From a virus (Duplodnaviria; Caudoviricetes): a DNA stretch of 59,645 nucleotides. Each line of letters starts with the position of its first letter. Within the stretch, counting starts at the first letter, position 1. The DNA is taken from positions 1 through 59,645 of IMG/VR virus record IMGVR_UViG_3300037478_000826; one strand, written 5' to 3'. The notes beneath the pieces are model-generated. The model did not search any database and was not told the origin of the DNA. It worked only from the letters and a program-made list of their open reading frames with translations. The translations under genes were made by a program, and so were the position numbers. This document shows positions 28,648 through 38,400 of this stretch, in pieces.

Positions 28648-30629
28648 CAGCCCACCATGTCGAGTACGCGCTCGAGCTCGTCGGCCAAGCTCTCACGGAT
28701 CATGTTCTGCACGGCGCCCGCGAAGGCTGGCGGGTCCTTGCTGGTGGCGGCCGCCCCGTAGGCGCCCGCGGTGTCGATGTTGATGTTGACGACCATGCCG
28801 TCCCGGGCAGCGGCTGCGCCTCCGCTGGTCTGCTGCGACTGTGGCGCCTGCAGGCCCGCGGTGGGGCCGCTCGCCGCGGTGGGGATCGGGACATCGACGA
28901 GATCCCGCACCGCCCTGTGGGCGTTGTCGTTCGCGGCGTCGACGCCAACCACGAGACCGGCCCCCATGTTCTTGCCGATGTCGGCGAACACCTTCGAGGG
29001 CGAGCTGATGCCGAGGATCTGCTTCGCGAACTCGACGGCGCCGCCCACCATCGACGAGATCGCACCGAACAGCGCGTCGGGCGACAGCACCGACAAGATG
29101 CCGTCCACGATCGCGGAGCCGACGCCGCTGGCGGACGCCCAGATCGACGAGGCAGCCTCGCTGATGGAGTCGCCAAGGCTCGAGAAGAAGCCACCCACGT
29201 CGGGCGCGGTCGTGAAGGCGTCGTACAGCGCCTTGCCGAGCCACGTGAGTGCGTCGATCAACAACCCGACCGGGCTGAAGATGAAGACGATGACGTCGTA
29301 GATGAACTCCAGCGCGTCGGCGGTCGCGATCGCGATCGCCGCGAACACGCCGAACGCGTGCCCGAGATCCTCCATCGAGACGCCGAGCGAATCAGCATCC
29401 TCGGCCGTGCCGCCGAGGGCTTCCCGGACCGGGCCGATCACCGCTTCAGCGGACGCCATGCCGTCGGCGAAACCAGACGCGAAGTCCATCACGGACGTGA
29501 TGGCGTCCGCGATCGCGACGACGATGTCGCTGATGCCCTGTGCGATCGCCTCCATGGCCTTGTTGGCGATCGGGCTGTCGAACGCCTCGCTCAGCCGCTG
29601 CATGAGCGGCAGCAGCTTGCCCTGGATCTTCGGGATGACGGAGGCCGCCAGCGCATCGGGCAGGTTACCGGCCCGCGCTGCGATGAAGTCGAAGGCGCCG
29701 CTCATGGTCGACAGTTGCTTGGCGATCGCCGCCTCGCCGGCGGCGCCGAAGCCGGTGGCGGACAGGGTCGCTTCCTGGAAGGCCTCGAGCAGCTCCTTGA
29801 CGGGCAGCTTCGTCATCTCGACCTTGAGCTTCCCGTACTCGTCGACGAGATCGCTGACCTTCAAGCCGATCTTCGGCGCCAACTTCTCCATCACCTGCAG
29901 CTGTGTGACGGGCAGGTTCGACAAGATCGACGTGTAGGCGTCGAGCTCGATCTTGCCCGTCGCCATCGACTTCTCGATCTGCTTGAAGGCCTCGGTGACG
30001 CGCTGCTTCGTGGCGTCAGACCCGTCGCCGACCGCCAGGATGTCGGCCTTGAAGGCCAGCAACGCCATGGCGGCCTCTTTGGTGGCGCCGGCCGAGATGA
30101 AGGCCCGGAACTCGGAGCCCGCCTGCTGGAAGTCGAGCCCCAGCTTGTTGGCCAGCTCTGCCAGTTCCGCGATCGCGGCCGTGGCGATGTCGGCCCCGCC
30201 CATGAAGCGCGTCAGCGAGAAGGCGAGGTTTTCGCCGAACGCCACCGCCTTGGCGATGCTGACGACCGCCGCCTTACCCATCTCGAGCAGTGCGCGCCCG
30301 ACGGCCTTGATGGCGTCGCCCGCCAAGCCGGCGACCGTCATGCTGCCGATCAGGTTGCCCTTCAGGGCGTCGAAGAAGCCACCGGCCTTGCTGGCGCTCA
30401 CGCCCGCCTCGTCGGTGGCGCGCCGCATCTTCGTAAACTTGCCCGAGGCAGAATCGACCAGCCGCCCGGCAGCGTTGACGCGCGTTCCCGCGCCGTCGAG
30501 CGCGGCCCCCACCTCTTTGACGGGTCCCGCGAGCGACGTGAAGCCCGCCTTCATCTCGCGGATAGAACTCAGGACGTCATCGGCAGCCGAGCTCCACTCG
30601 TCGTTGAGTTTTACGTCGTAGGTCGCCAT
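28647..30629 (-). CDS. Tail tape measure protein
   Basis: 660 aa Ala/Gly-rich helical; LGISSPSKVF motif. Confidence 0.9.
   Translation of the reverse strand: MATYDVKLNDEWSSAADDVLSSIREMKAGFTSLAGPVKEVGAALDGAGTRVNAAGRLVDSASGKFTKMRRATDEAGVSASKAGGFFDALKGNLIGSMTVAGLAGDAIKAVGRALLEMGKAAVVSIAKAVAFGENLAFSLTRFMGGADIATAAIAELAELANKLGLDFQQAGSEFRAFISAGATKEAAMALLAFKADILAVGDGSDATKQRVTEAFKQIEKSMATGKIELDAYTSILSNLPVTQLQVMEKLAPKIGLKVSDLVDEYGKLKVEMTKLPVKELLEAFQEATLSATGFGAAGEAAIAKQLSTMSGAFDFIAARAGNLPDALAASVIPKIQGKLLPLMQRLSEAFDSPIANKAMEAIAQGISDIVVAIADAITSVMDFASGFADGMASAEAVIGPVREALGGTAEDADSLGVSMEDLGHAFGVFAAIAIATADALEFIYDVIVFIFSPVGLLIDALTWLGKALYDAFTTAPDVGGFFSSLGDSISEAASSIWASASGVGSAIVDGILSVLSPDALFGAISSMVGGAVEFAKQILGISSPSKVFADIGKNMGAGLVVGVDAANDNAHRAVRDLVDVPIPTAASGPTAGLQAPQSQQTSGGAAAARDGMVVNINIDTAGAYGAAATSKDPPAFAGAVQNMIRESLADELERVLDMVG
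28669..28736 (-). repeat. 68-bp repeat, second copy at 46180-46247
   Basis: 65/68 identical; both encode DPPAFAGAVQxMIRESLADELER. Confidence 0.9.
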
Positions 30630-30632
30630 CGG

Positions 30633-31189
30633 TCACTTCTTCAGGAACGCCTTCACGGCCGCGAGGCCCTGCAGGCCCTCGGCTACGAGCATCAGGGCGG
30701 CCCAGTGTTCGGGCGTGCGCTCGCCATCGGGGTCGCGCTGATCGTCGATCGCCGCCGCCAGGGCAGCCGCGCCGCTCCCTGCGTCGGCGAACGCAGCCCA
30801 AACGGCGGCGACTATTTTCCCCGGCGACCCCGGCTATCGGTGCGGCCGAGCGCGATCACGTCGCGGGCCGCCTCCGACACGTGGCCCGGCAGCTCGTCGA
30901 AAATGGCTCGCAGCTGCGACTTGTCGGGGTGGATGCCGCACGCCATCAGGAGCGTCTCCATCACGACGTGCTTGTCGAGGTTGTCGTCTTGCGACTCGCT
31001 GACGAAGCGCTGCATGGCGTCGCGCTTCGGCGACCGGTACACGATCGACCCGAGGTCCTCGTCGAAGTACCCGATGATGCGCCGGCCGTGCCGGGCCCGC
31101 ATGTCCGCCATGACGGCGTCGTGGCGCTCTTCGTCGGTCAGGTCGCGCTTGGGCGCCGCCTTGGGCGCGTCTTCGTTGTGCTCGTCCAT
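30633..31189 (-). CDS. Tail assembly chaperone, with -1 frameshift extension (short form 30812..31189)
   Basis: GGGAAAA slippery site (30821-30815) just before TAG; -1 frame open to TGA at 30633-30635 beside the tape measure start. Confidence 0.8.
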
Positions 31190-31197
31190 GCGTCACC

Positions 31198-31647
31198 TCA
31201 CTGCAGGGGAACGGAAAGGGGCTCGACGCCGTTGGGCAACAGCTTCAGGCCCTTGAAGGTCCGCTCGACGTAGAGCGGATCGGGCCCGCGCTCGCCGCCG
31301 AAGCTCTCCTCCAAGATCTTCACGCTCCGGATGATGTCGGTCCGGGTGTCGGTGCCCTCCGCCATCGTGGCGCGGATCTCGAACACGGCATCGAGGTAGC
31401 CGGGTCCGATGTCCGCCACCATCGCGTCGAACGTTCGGCGCAACACCATGATGGATCCCTCGACGCCCTTGTAGGTGCCGCGCGTGTGGCCGAGGGGCTC
31501 GTCCGGCGAACCCTCGGCGAAGCCGCTGTCCTTGCCGTGCTTGTACTTGAGCGCCTTGAAGCCCGTGTAGGTCTTCTCGCGCCAGCGCAGCTCGATGCTG
31601 TTGAAGGATACCTCGTATCCGTCGGCGTTCGGGTACTGCTCGCCCAT
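31198..31647 (-). CDS. Tail tube protein
   Basis: 149 aa after the sheath; PLGHTRGTY. Confidence 0.8.
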   Translation of the reverse strand: MGEQYPNADGYEVSFNSIELRWREKTYTGFKALKYKHGKDSGFAEGSPDEPLGHTRGTYKGVEGSIMVLRRTFDAMVADIGPGYLDAVFEIRATMAEGTDTRTDIIRSVKILEESFGGERGPDPLYVERTFKGLKLLPNGVEPLSVPLQ

Positions 31648-31698
31648 GTCGTTACCTCAGTCGGTGGCGCGTCCGTGCGCCGATGGTGGTGGAGAGCG

Positions 31699-33609
31699 TC
31701 AGACCGCGACCGCGAAGGCGAGCTCGTGCTCGGCGTCGTCGATGTAGGCGAGCGAGACCATGCGGAAGACGCCCTTCGTCTTGCGGTTGGTCTTGCTGTC
31801 GTAGGTGCGATCGAGGTTGTAGGCCTGGTCGGAGACATGGCCGGGATTGCCGTCCGCGTTGGCCGGCACCGTGAGCTGTTGCCGCAGCGCGCGCTGCACG
31901 GGCGCCTCGAGGTTCTGCGCGTCGGGCTCGTACAGCGTGCCGGGCGCGCCGACCTCACCGGCGTCGATGCTGGCGTCTACGTTCACGCGCGGGTTGCGGC
32001 CGATGAACGTTTGCGCGTTGAGGTAGATGGTCCGGGCGGCGCGGTTCATGACCTGACGGTGTGGCCACAGCCGGAAGTCGCTCTCGATCGCGCTCTTGAT
32101 GCGGGCCTGGAAGATGTAGACGCCGGCTCGGCCGTCCCACGTGCGGAGCGTCGACAGCCGCGACCCGTCGACCTTCACGGCCGCCAGCTCCTCGTCGTGC
32201 TCGATGGCGCTCACGCCCGGGAGGGCGCCGCGGACGACGCGCTTCAGATCGCCGCTGAGCGTGACGCGAGCCGCCTGCGCGCCGTAAAGGGCGACGGCAG
32301 ATCGCATCGGCGCCGTCCAGCCCGGCATCGGCTTGGCCGAGTCGATGCGGGCGCGACCGTAGGGCAGCAGCAAGAAGTCGGTCTCGATCGCCGCCGCCGA
32401 CGTGTTGGCGAGCGCGGCGGTGCCGGCGCTGCCGAAGTCGAAGATGGCACCGGTGCCGAACTTGAAGTTGTTCTGCAGGTCGAGGCAGTGCGTGTTGAGG
32501 GCCGACGCGAGGGTGGCGGCGGCGCTGGCGGATGCGGCCTTGCCGCTGAACACCATGTAGTCCCACGTCTGGCCGCTGACCTTCAGGGCCGCCACCGCTG
32601 CCGTGAGGCTGGTGGTGTCGAAGTAGGGCGGGTCGCACGTGAACGAGAACAGGTCGCCGTCCTGGAAGTACACCGGGCCCCCGCCCGCCGTGAACGTGAA
32701 CGTGAGGCCGGCGTTCTGCACCGCGTACGTGCCGCCGCTCGGGATGACGAGGTCAGGCGTCCACGACGTTCCGCCGTCGAGGCTGTACCGGAACTCGCCC
32801 GCGCCGAGCGTACCCGTCTTGGTGATCTCCACCTGCACGTCGTACTCGTCCCACGGCCCCTGGCGATCGATCGTCACCTGCGAGATGACGGGGTTGGTCG
32901 AGTACGAGCCCGCCACCTCGAGCACGAGGTAGTAGTAGGCGGGTCCGCTGTTGAGCGACCGCTTCACCCAGTCGGTCGGCATCGTGAACGTGATGGCGTA
33001 CGTGGACGTCCCTGCCGTGAGGCCCGTCGACGCGTCCGACAGACCGGCGACCTCGGTCCAGTCCGTGCCGTCCCAGTACTTGACCGCCAGCGTGCCGCCG
33101 GCGCCGGCGGTCGAGATCGTGACGTTGATCTTGTTGAAGACCGTCGAGTAGCCGAGGGCAAACTGATCCCCCACCGCCTCGGTGGCGGGCCACGGATCGA
33201 CATCGGCCGCAGTGGCGGAGGCTGCGTCGGCGGTCTCGTCGACGAAGCCGGGTGTCCCGGCCGGGTCGTCGATCTGCAGCGCGCTCAGGGCCGTCGCGGG
33301 CGTGACGGATCCGGCGAGCGTGCCGGTGCTGGATCCGATGCGGGCCGTCGTCGTGGCACCGACGGCGCCGACAACGGTCGGCGTCAGGACCATGTACTTC
33401 GCGGTCCCGGCGACCTTACTGTGATAGCCGGCGTCCTCGCTGAGCGGTCCCTGCCCGACATCGTCCCGGATGACGGCCGGATCGCGGCCGCTCTTCATGA
33501 CGTTGATGTCGCCGGCCGAGGCGATCCCGAGGTACACCGGCACCAGGTCGTCGCTGCTCTCGGCTTGGCCAACGCCGTCGTTGCGGATGTTGAAGATCTG
33601 AGTCGGCAT
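31699..33609 (-). CDS. Tail sheath protein
   Basis: 636 aa; FRYSLDGG insertion domain; TLRTWDGRAGVY..SDFRLWPHRQVMN. Confidence 0.85.
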   Translation of the reverse strand: MPTQIFNIRNDGVGQAESSDDLVPVYLGIASAGDINVMKSGRDPAVIRDDVGQGPLSEDAGYHSKVAGTAKYMVLTPTVVGAVGATTTARIGSSTGTLAGSVTPATALSALQIDDPAGTPGFVDETADAASATAADVDPWPATEAVGDQFALGYSTVFNKINVTISTAGAGGTLAVKYWDGTDWTEVAGLSDASTGLTAGTSTYAITFTMPTDWVKRSLNSGPAYYYLVLEVAGSYSTNPVISQVTIDRQGPWDEYDVQVEITKTGTLGAGEFRYSLDGGTSWTPDLVIPSGGTYAVQNAGLTFTFTAGGGPVYFQDGDLFSFTCDPPYFDTTSLTAAVAALKVSGQTWDYMVFSGKAASASAAATLASALNTHCLDLQNNFKFGTGAIFDFGSAGTAALANTSAAAIETDFLLLPYGRARIDSAKPMPGWTAPMRSAVALYGAQAARVTLSGDLKRVVRGALPGVSAIEHDEELAAVKVDGSRLSTLRTWDGRAGVYIFQARIKSAIESDFRLWPHRQVMNRAARTIYLNAQTFIGRNPRVNVDASIDAGEVGAPGTLYEPDAQNLEAPVQRALRQQLTVPANADGNPGHVSDQAYNLDRTYDSKTNRKTKGVFRMVSLAYIDDAEHELAFAVAV

Positions 33610-33650
33610 GTAGGCTCCGTCGGGGTTGAATGCAGGGCAGTTGGTGACCG

Positions 33651-34076
33651 TCAGCTCGCGCTGCGGGCGCGCCAGACGCGCTCGCAGAGCGCGGCGTCGA
33701 ACCGGTGGGGACAGCGCGGCGAGAGCGCCGCCCGGTGCGGCACGGGCTCGCGCTCGCCCTCGGGCGTGGTCGTGGCGGCCACGATGGCGGCCTCGTAGTC
33801 GCGGGCCGTCAAGTAGAGGTGCTCACCGAAGTGGTGGCGGTGCGCGTCCCAGCCATGCAGCGCTGCCGCAGCGGCGTGGTCGGCCGTGTAGACCAGCTTC
33901 GGGTTGAGGGTTCGGCTCAGCGTCGTGGTCAGCACCATGGTGCGGCCGCTGGCGCGGGCGAGTTCGTCGATCGGGCGCGTGCCGGTCTTGGTTGCACGCT
34001 TCGACGTCTTCTTGGCCGAGGCGGGCGGTGGCGCCGGGGGCGGCGTGTCGTTGGCGCTGGGGTGCTTGGTGCTCAT
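33651..34076 (-). CDS. Hypothetical virion-region protein
   Basis: HAAAAALHGW..LTARDYEAAI. Confidence 0.6.
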   Translation of the reverse strand: MSTKHPSANDTPPPAPPPASAKKTSKRATKTGTRPIDELARASGRTMVLTTTLSRTLNPKLVYTADHAAAAALHGWDAHRHHFGEHLYLTARDYEAAIVAATTTPEGEREPVPHRAALSPRCPHRFDAALCERVWRARSAS

Positions 34077-34594
34077 AGGTTGTCCACGATCTGGTTGTCG
34101 TCGGGCTCTTGGCCCTCGACCGTTACGGTGGGCTGCCGTGAGCCCGGAACCGGGGTGTCGACAGAGAGGGTCAGCTTCACGGGTTCGCCGCGCGCCAGCC
34201 ACTCGTGCTGGTCCTGCTTCGGCCACGTTTCACCGAGGAATTGGAATGATCCTTCGAGCCGTCGGTGAATGGCCTTCATGAAGTCGAGCACGAGGTCTTC
34301 GGCCAGCTCCTCGGTCGACTCCCAGAGGTGAACCGTCACGACGTGGCGACGCGTCGCGATCTGCTTTTCCTTGTAGGGGTCGCCGTCGGCGTCCGCGGTC
34401 GCCAGCGTCTGCGGTCCGTGGTGGAGCCCGCCGGCGAGGTGGTTGACCTTCGGCGACCGAACCCAAACGACAAGGGGCGGCGAGCTCCCGGTGGTGATGA
34501 ACTGTGCGCCGACCCGATGCTGCACGGTGTCGCCCCGGATGATGTCGAGCTCGGCGTGCACCGAAGCGGCGATGGTGCTGAGCTTCGTCGTCAT
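34073..34594 (-). CDS. Tail completion/terminator-like protein
   Basis: Position between neck and sheath. Confidence 0.6.
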   Translation of the reverse strand: MTTKLSTIAASVHAELDIIRGDTVQHRVGAQFITTGSSPPLVVWVRSPKVNHLAGGLHHGPQTLATADADGDPYKEKQIATRRHVVTVHLWESTEELAEDLVLDFMKAIHRRLEGSFQFLGETWPKQDQHEWLARGEPVKLTLSVDTPVPGSRQPTVTVEGQEPDDNQIVDNL

Positions 34595-35016
34595 CGCAGG
34601 CGGGCTTCGATGATGTCGTCCGTGACCTCGTCGAATCGATCACGCCAGACCGGTGGGACGTCGTCGTCTGCCGGCACCATGGGCCTCGCCACGATGCCGG
34701 CTCGGGGTGCGCCGCCTTGGTGGATCGCGGCATACGCGACGCCTGCCGCGATCGAGAAGCCGCGGGGCCCAGAGTGCCTCACGTTCCAGCTCGTCCGCAG
34801 TGCGCCGCTCGGGCCGTGCAGCGCCTTGTTGCCGCGCTTCGTCGCCTGCCACACCACGCCGGCCGGCGAACGCGTCGCTTCGAAGCCTTCGCGGACGAGG
34901 TTGATCGATTCCTCGGCGAGGTTGGCCGACACGTCCGCCAGCAGCGCCATGGAGCTGCCGAGGGCGCGCTCGAGCTGCTCGAGGTCTGCGTCGGAAGCGG
35001 TGAAGGTTGCGCCCAT
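34591..35016 (-). CDS. Virion morphogenesis protein (Mu gpG / tail S family)
   Basis: SPAGVVW..SGALRTS..YAAIHQGG..IVARP. Confidence 0.85.
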   Translation of the reverse strand: MGATFTASDADLEQLERALGSSMALLADVSANLAEESINLVREGFEATRSPAGVVWQATKRGNKALHGPSGALRTSWNVRHSGPRGFSIAAGVAYAAIHQGGAPRAGIVARPMVPADDDVPPVWRDRFDEVTDDIIEARLR

Positions 35017-35017
35017 G

Positions 35018-35788
35018 TCAGAACCCGCGTTGGGGTGCGGAGATCACGTACCCGCCGCCCTCGTGCGTCTCGGGCGTTTCGTCGACGAGACCTTCGGGAA
35101 AGACGTCGCCGCTCTTCACCATGTCGAGCCACCCGCGCGCTCCTGGCTGGTCGGGGTTGCCGAGCAGGTAGACGTAGCGGGTGACGAGCTGCTGGTCGAA
35201 CTCACCGGGCCGCCACCCGATCTCGTCGAGCAAATGCTTGGTGGCGATCGTGGCCTCGGCGTCCCGCAGGTCGTGCCCCCACGCGACGATGTTGCCCTCA
35301 TGGGCGGCGCGCACGTAGCTGAGCACCTTGCCGTGCGCCATCAGGAGGTGCTTGGCGATCTGGTCGCCCGTCACCAACGTGAGGGCGTCGGCCGGGACGA
35401 TCATGTCGTTCGGTGTCGCGAAGCAGAAGTGCGAAACGCCACTCAGCGCAAACGTGAACGAGGGCGTGCCGCCACCGATCCCGTACCGGGCGCGCACGTA
35501 CCGTTGAAGACCCGCGACCCGCAGCGCCACCAGGCCCTGGGCGTTCTGCTGCGCGAAGGCGGCAGCCTGCACCCACGGCTCGCCATCGTTGGGGCTCGTG
35601 TCGAGGTAGACGTCGAGCGTCGGGTCCGTCCCGCTCGCGGCCGTCACCTGCAGCTGCAGCTCGATGGCGCTGCGACGGTACTGGTCGGGCTCGGCGTCGG
35701 CATCGAGCGAGGTGTCGATGCCGACGCCCGCAGCACCGCTGCTGGCCGTTGTGGAGGCCAGCAGCGCGACCGAGAGCGGGTTGCTCAT
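35018..35788 (-). CDS. Head-tail adaptor (Mu gp36-like C-terminus) with N-terminal beta-sandwich
   Basis: FATPND..WLDMVKSG; position. Confidence 0.65.
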   Translation of the reverse strand: MSNPLSVALLASTTASSGAAGVGIDTSLDADAEPDQYRRSAIELQLQVTAASGTDPTLDVYLDTSPNDGEPWVQAAAFAQQNAQGLVALRVAGLQRYVRARYGIGGGTPSFTFALSGVSHFCFATPNDMIVPADALTLVTGDQIAKHLLMAHGKVLSYVRAAHEGNIVAWGHDLRDAEATIATKHLLDEIGWRPGEFDQQLVTRYVYLLGNPDQPGARGWLDMVKSGDVFPEGLVDETPETHEGGGYVISAPQRGF

Positions 35789-35791
35789 CGA

Positions 35792-36427
35792 TCAGGCGCC
35801 AGGGTTGCGGATCATCGTGCCGACGAGGTGGGCGAACCCAGCGCCGGCCGTGAAGGCCGAGGTGATCTCGTCGTACCGCACCACCACGTCGCCCTTGAGC
35901 AGAATGCCGCCCGCGACTTTGGCGCCGATGGTCCCGAGCAGGTTGCCGCCCGCTGCCACGAGCGTCGCCGCGACGTCGCCGGCCGCGCCGCCCAGCAGAT
36001 CGCCCTGCGTGTCGTCGGGTGCGGTGTCGGTCGAGATGCCGATCGTGCTCGACGAGCCGCCCGTCCAGTCGGCCGTGACTTCCCAGTACGACCGCCCGAG
36101 GCGCGCCAGGAAGGCAGTGTCGGGCGTGGTGACGAGCGCGGCCGCGTCAGCGTCCCCGAAGGCGATCGGCAACGCCAGGTCGAAGTCGTAGCCGGGCGCC
36201 AGCAAGTAGCGGCCTGGGCCCTCGGCCGGCGCGATGACGATGAGGTCGTCGCCCGCCAGCTCGCTGGTCGCGTCGTAGTAGTAGAAGTTGCTGTTGCGCG
36301 GGTCGGCCAGCTGGACGCGCTCGCCCTGCTGATGATCCGACACGTCGATGGTCTTCAGTTTCGCGACCGTGAGTCCGAAGCTCTCGGACAGGTCGCGGTA
36401 GACGCCGTTGTCGTCGTGGTAGCCCAT
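35792..36427 (-). CDS. Head decoration-like structural protein
   Basis: Position after the capsid; beta-rich. Confidence 0.55.
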   Translation of the reverse strand: MGYHDDNGVYRDLSESFGLTVAKLKTIDVSDHQQGERVQLADPRNSNFYYYDATSELAGDDLIVIAPAEGPGRYLLAPGYDFDLALPIAFGDADAAALVTTPDTAFLARLGRSYWEVTADWTGGSSSTIGISTDTAPDDTQGDLLGGAAGDVAATLVAAGGNLLGTIGAKVAGGILLKGDVVVRYDEITSAFTAGAGFAHLVGTMIRNPGA

Positions 36428-36454
36428 GGGATCCTCGTGCTGGTGCTGAGCGCG

Positions 36455-36715
36455 TCAGAGCGCTGCAATGATGGCGAGCGCCTGAGGGCGCGTCAGGCCG
36501 GCGCGCACGAGCTCTGCCTCGTCGGCGCCGTCCAGGTCTTCGGTGGTGGTGTAGCCGCACGCCACCAGGGCTGCGCGGTGTGGAAACGTTGCGGCGAGGG
36601 CGGCGCCCGGCTGAGCCTCTTGCTTGGCCTGCCAGACTTGCCCGTCCTCGCCCCGTTGCTCGGCCTCGAGTCGCCGGTGGAGGTAGAAGCGACGCGGCCG
36701 CTTGATGTCAGCCAC
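36455..36715 (-). CDS. Small helix-hairpin-helix-like protein
   Basis: ALVACGYTTTEDLDGADEAEL. Confidence 0.6.
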   Translation of the reverse strand: MADIKRPRRFYLHRRLEAEQRGEDGQVWQAKQEAQPGAALAATFPHRAALVACGYTTTEDLDGADEAELVRAGLTRPQALAIIAAL

Positions 36716-37091
36716 CGTCGCGCTCGTGGAGCACGATCGCGGTGGCGATCTCGACCTTGGTCCCGGCGATCTCCACGCCGATCCCCTCGGCCATCTCCAC
36801 GAGCTCGGCCTTGTTTTGCTTGACGAGTTCCTCGACGGCGTCCCGCTCCTCGTCGGTGAGGATGATGGGCTCCGGCTCGCTCTGCGGATCGCTCAGCGCC
36901 TCGATGTCGGCCTCGAGCTCGGCGATGCGCTCGCGCGCCTCCGCCAGCTCTGCCGCGTGCGCCTTGCGTTGTTCGGCGAGCTGCTGCTCGACGACGTGGC
37001 GCGGCACCATGGCGGGGGGCGCGGCAGCCGGCACCGGAAGACCGGCGGCCTCCCGCTTCCGGTGCTCCTGCATGCGTCGTGCGGTCAGCAT
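36708..37091 (-). CDS. Hypothetical protein with C-terminal HeH/Rho-N-like motif
   Basis: NKAELVEMAEGIGVEIAGTKVEI. Confidence 0.6.
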   Translation of the reverse strand: MLTARRMQEHRKREAAGLPVPAAAPPAMVPRHVVEQQLAEQRKAHAAELAEARERIAELEADIEALSDPQSEPEPIILTDEERDAVEELVKQNKAELVEMAEGIGVEIAGTKVEIATAIVLHERDGG

Positions 37092-38341
37092 CAGAACGTC
37101 ACCGTCCCGACGTAGCCCTTGACGTTGTGCTTGATGGCGACGACGCCGGGCCGGCTACCACCGCGGCGACGCCGGTACAGCTTCGTCGCGTGGTAGAGGT
37201 GCATCGCGATGACGTCGGTGTCGGCCAGGATGTCGACGTCCGACTTCATGCCGAAGCGGGACGAGTTGTACCAGAACGCGCCCGCATCTTGCTGGCAGAT
37301 CAGGGTCGACACCTTGAGGTTGGCTTGAGCCTTCCACGTGTTGTCCGCGTTGAAGGTGCCGGCCGCGAACGCCACCGTGAGGCCGGTCTGGCCGTTGTTG
37401 CCGACCAGCGAGTCGACGGCCGTGTCGACGAGCGCCTGAGCGACGCCGACGCCGAGCGTGGTCAGGTTGGCCGACCACGTGTTGCCGCCGTCGGTCGAGA
37501 ACCGGTAGGTGGCGGTCTCGTGGGCGCCACCTACGACGCAGTCGATGCTGAGCTTCCACGGACCCATCTTGGTCGCGTCGTCGACCACGAGCGTCGCGAC
37601 AGGCGGCGAGGTGCCGGCGGACGTCACGGTGCCCATCGTCGATCCGGTGAGGGGCGCGCGGTCGCTGGTGACGAGCGGAACGCCGCCGAAGCGGTCAACC
37701 GACTCGTTCCCGAGCGTCTGGTTGAGGAGCAAGAGCGGGCGACCCGCGCTGTCCTTCAGCTTCGCCATGTCGGCCTGGGCCTGGCTGTGTGCCACGGCGC
37801 CCACGATGGCGTCTTGCTCGTCGCCCCACAGCGTCTTGGCGTCGATCATGGTGTCCCAGCTCAGGAAGCCCGGCGTCGTCGCGCTGTAGATGTCGAGCAC
37901 GAGCGGCGTGGTCGCGAACTCCGCGATGATGAGCTTGTCCATGGCGCGGGTGCCGGCGACCATGATCTGGTCGGCGCTCTCCTGGTATGGATCGCCGATG
38001 GCGGGGTCGACTTGACCGATCCCCTGCGCCCACGCGCTGATCTCACCAGCGAGCGACTGGCGCGCGACGGTGGCGGTCTCGGTCTGCTGAGCAATCTTGC
38101 TCGGCGTAACGCTCGATCCGTCAGCATTGTTCACGAACTCGCCGATGGTCCCGAAGTACGGGATCTCGACCGTCTTGCCGACTGCGCCGGGCCCGCCCTT
38201 CGGCATGCTGCCGCTGATCCGGACCGCGCCCTGCGCCGCCAGGATCGAGCCCATGAAGGCGGTCTTCTGCTTGAAGCGGCCGCGCACGGCCTCGACGAGG
38301 ATCTGTGGGTCGAGCATGTCGCTCTGAATGGTCTGTGCCAT
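37091..38341 (-). CDS. Major capsid protein (HK97 fold) with inserted beta-sandwich domain
   Basis: GKTVEIPYFGTIGE..LKDSAGRPL; AAAGGAAG SD; follows the protease. Confidence 0.88.
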   Translation of the reverse strand: MAQTIQSDMLDPQILVEAVRGRFKQKTAFMGSILAAQGAVRISGSMPKGGPGAVGKTVEIPYFGTIGEFVNNADGSSVTPSKIAQQTETATVARQSLAGEISAWAQGIGQVDPAIGDPYQESADQIMVAGTRAMDKLIIAEFATTPLVLDIYSATTPGFLSWDTMIDAKTLWGDEQDAIVGAVAHSQAQADMAKLKDSAGRPLLLLNQTLGNESVDRFGGVPLVTSDRAPLTGSTMGTVTSAGTSPPVATLVVDDATKMGPWKLSIDCVVGGAHETATYRFSTDGGNTWSANLTTLGVGVAQALVDTAVDSLVGNNGQTGLTVAFAAGTFNADNTWKAQANLKVSTLICQQDAGAFWYNSSRFGMKSDVDILADTDVIAMHLYHATKLYRRRRGGSRPGVVAIKHNVKGYVGTVTF

Positions 38342-38400
38342 GATGGTTCTTCCTTTGAAGCTGGGTCGGGTCTGGGTTGGCGGGTTGGGTCAGCTCGTGC

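Noticed and set aside
28917-36823. Very long + strand ORFs (28917..31256, 31486..33798, 34265..36823)
   Set aside because: Antisense shadows of well-supported structural genes; stop-poor frames are expected at this GC content.
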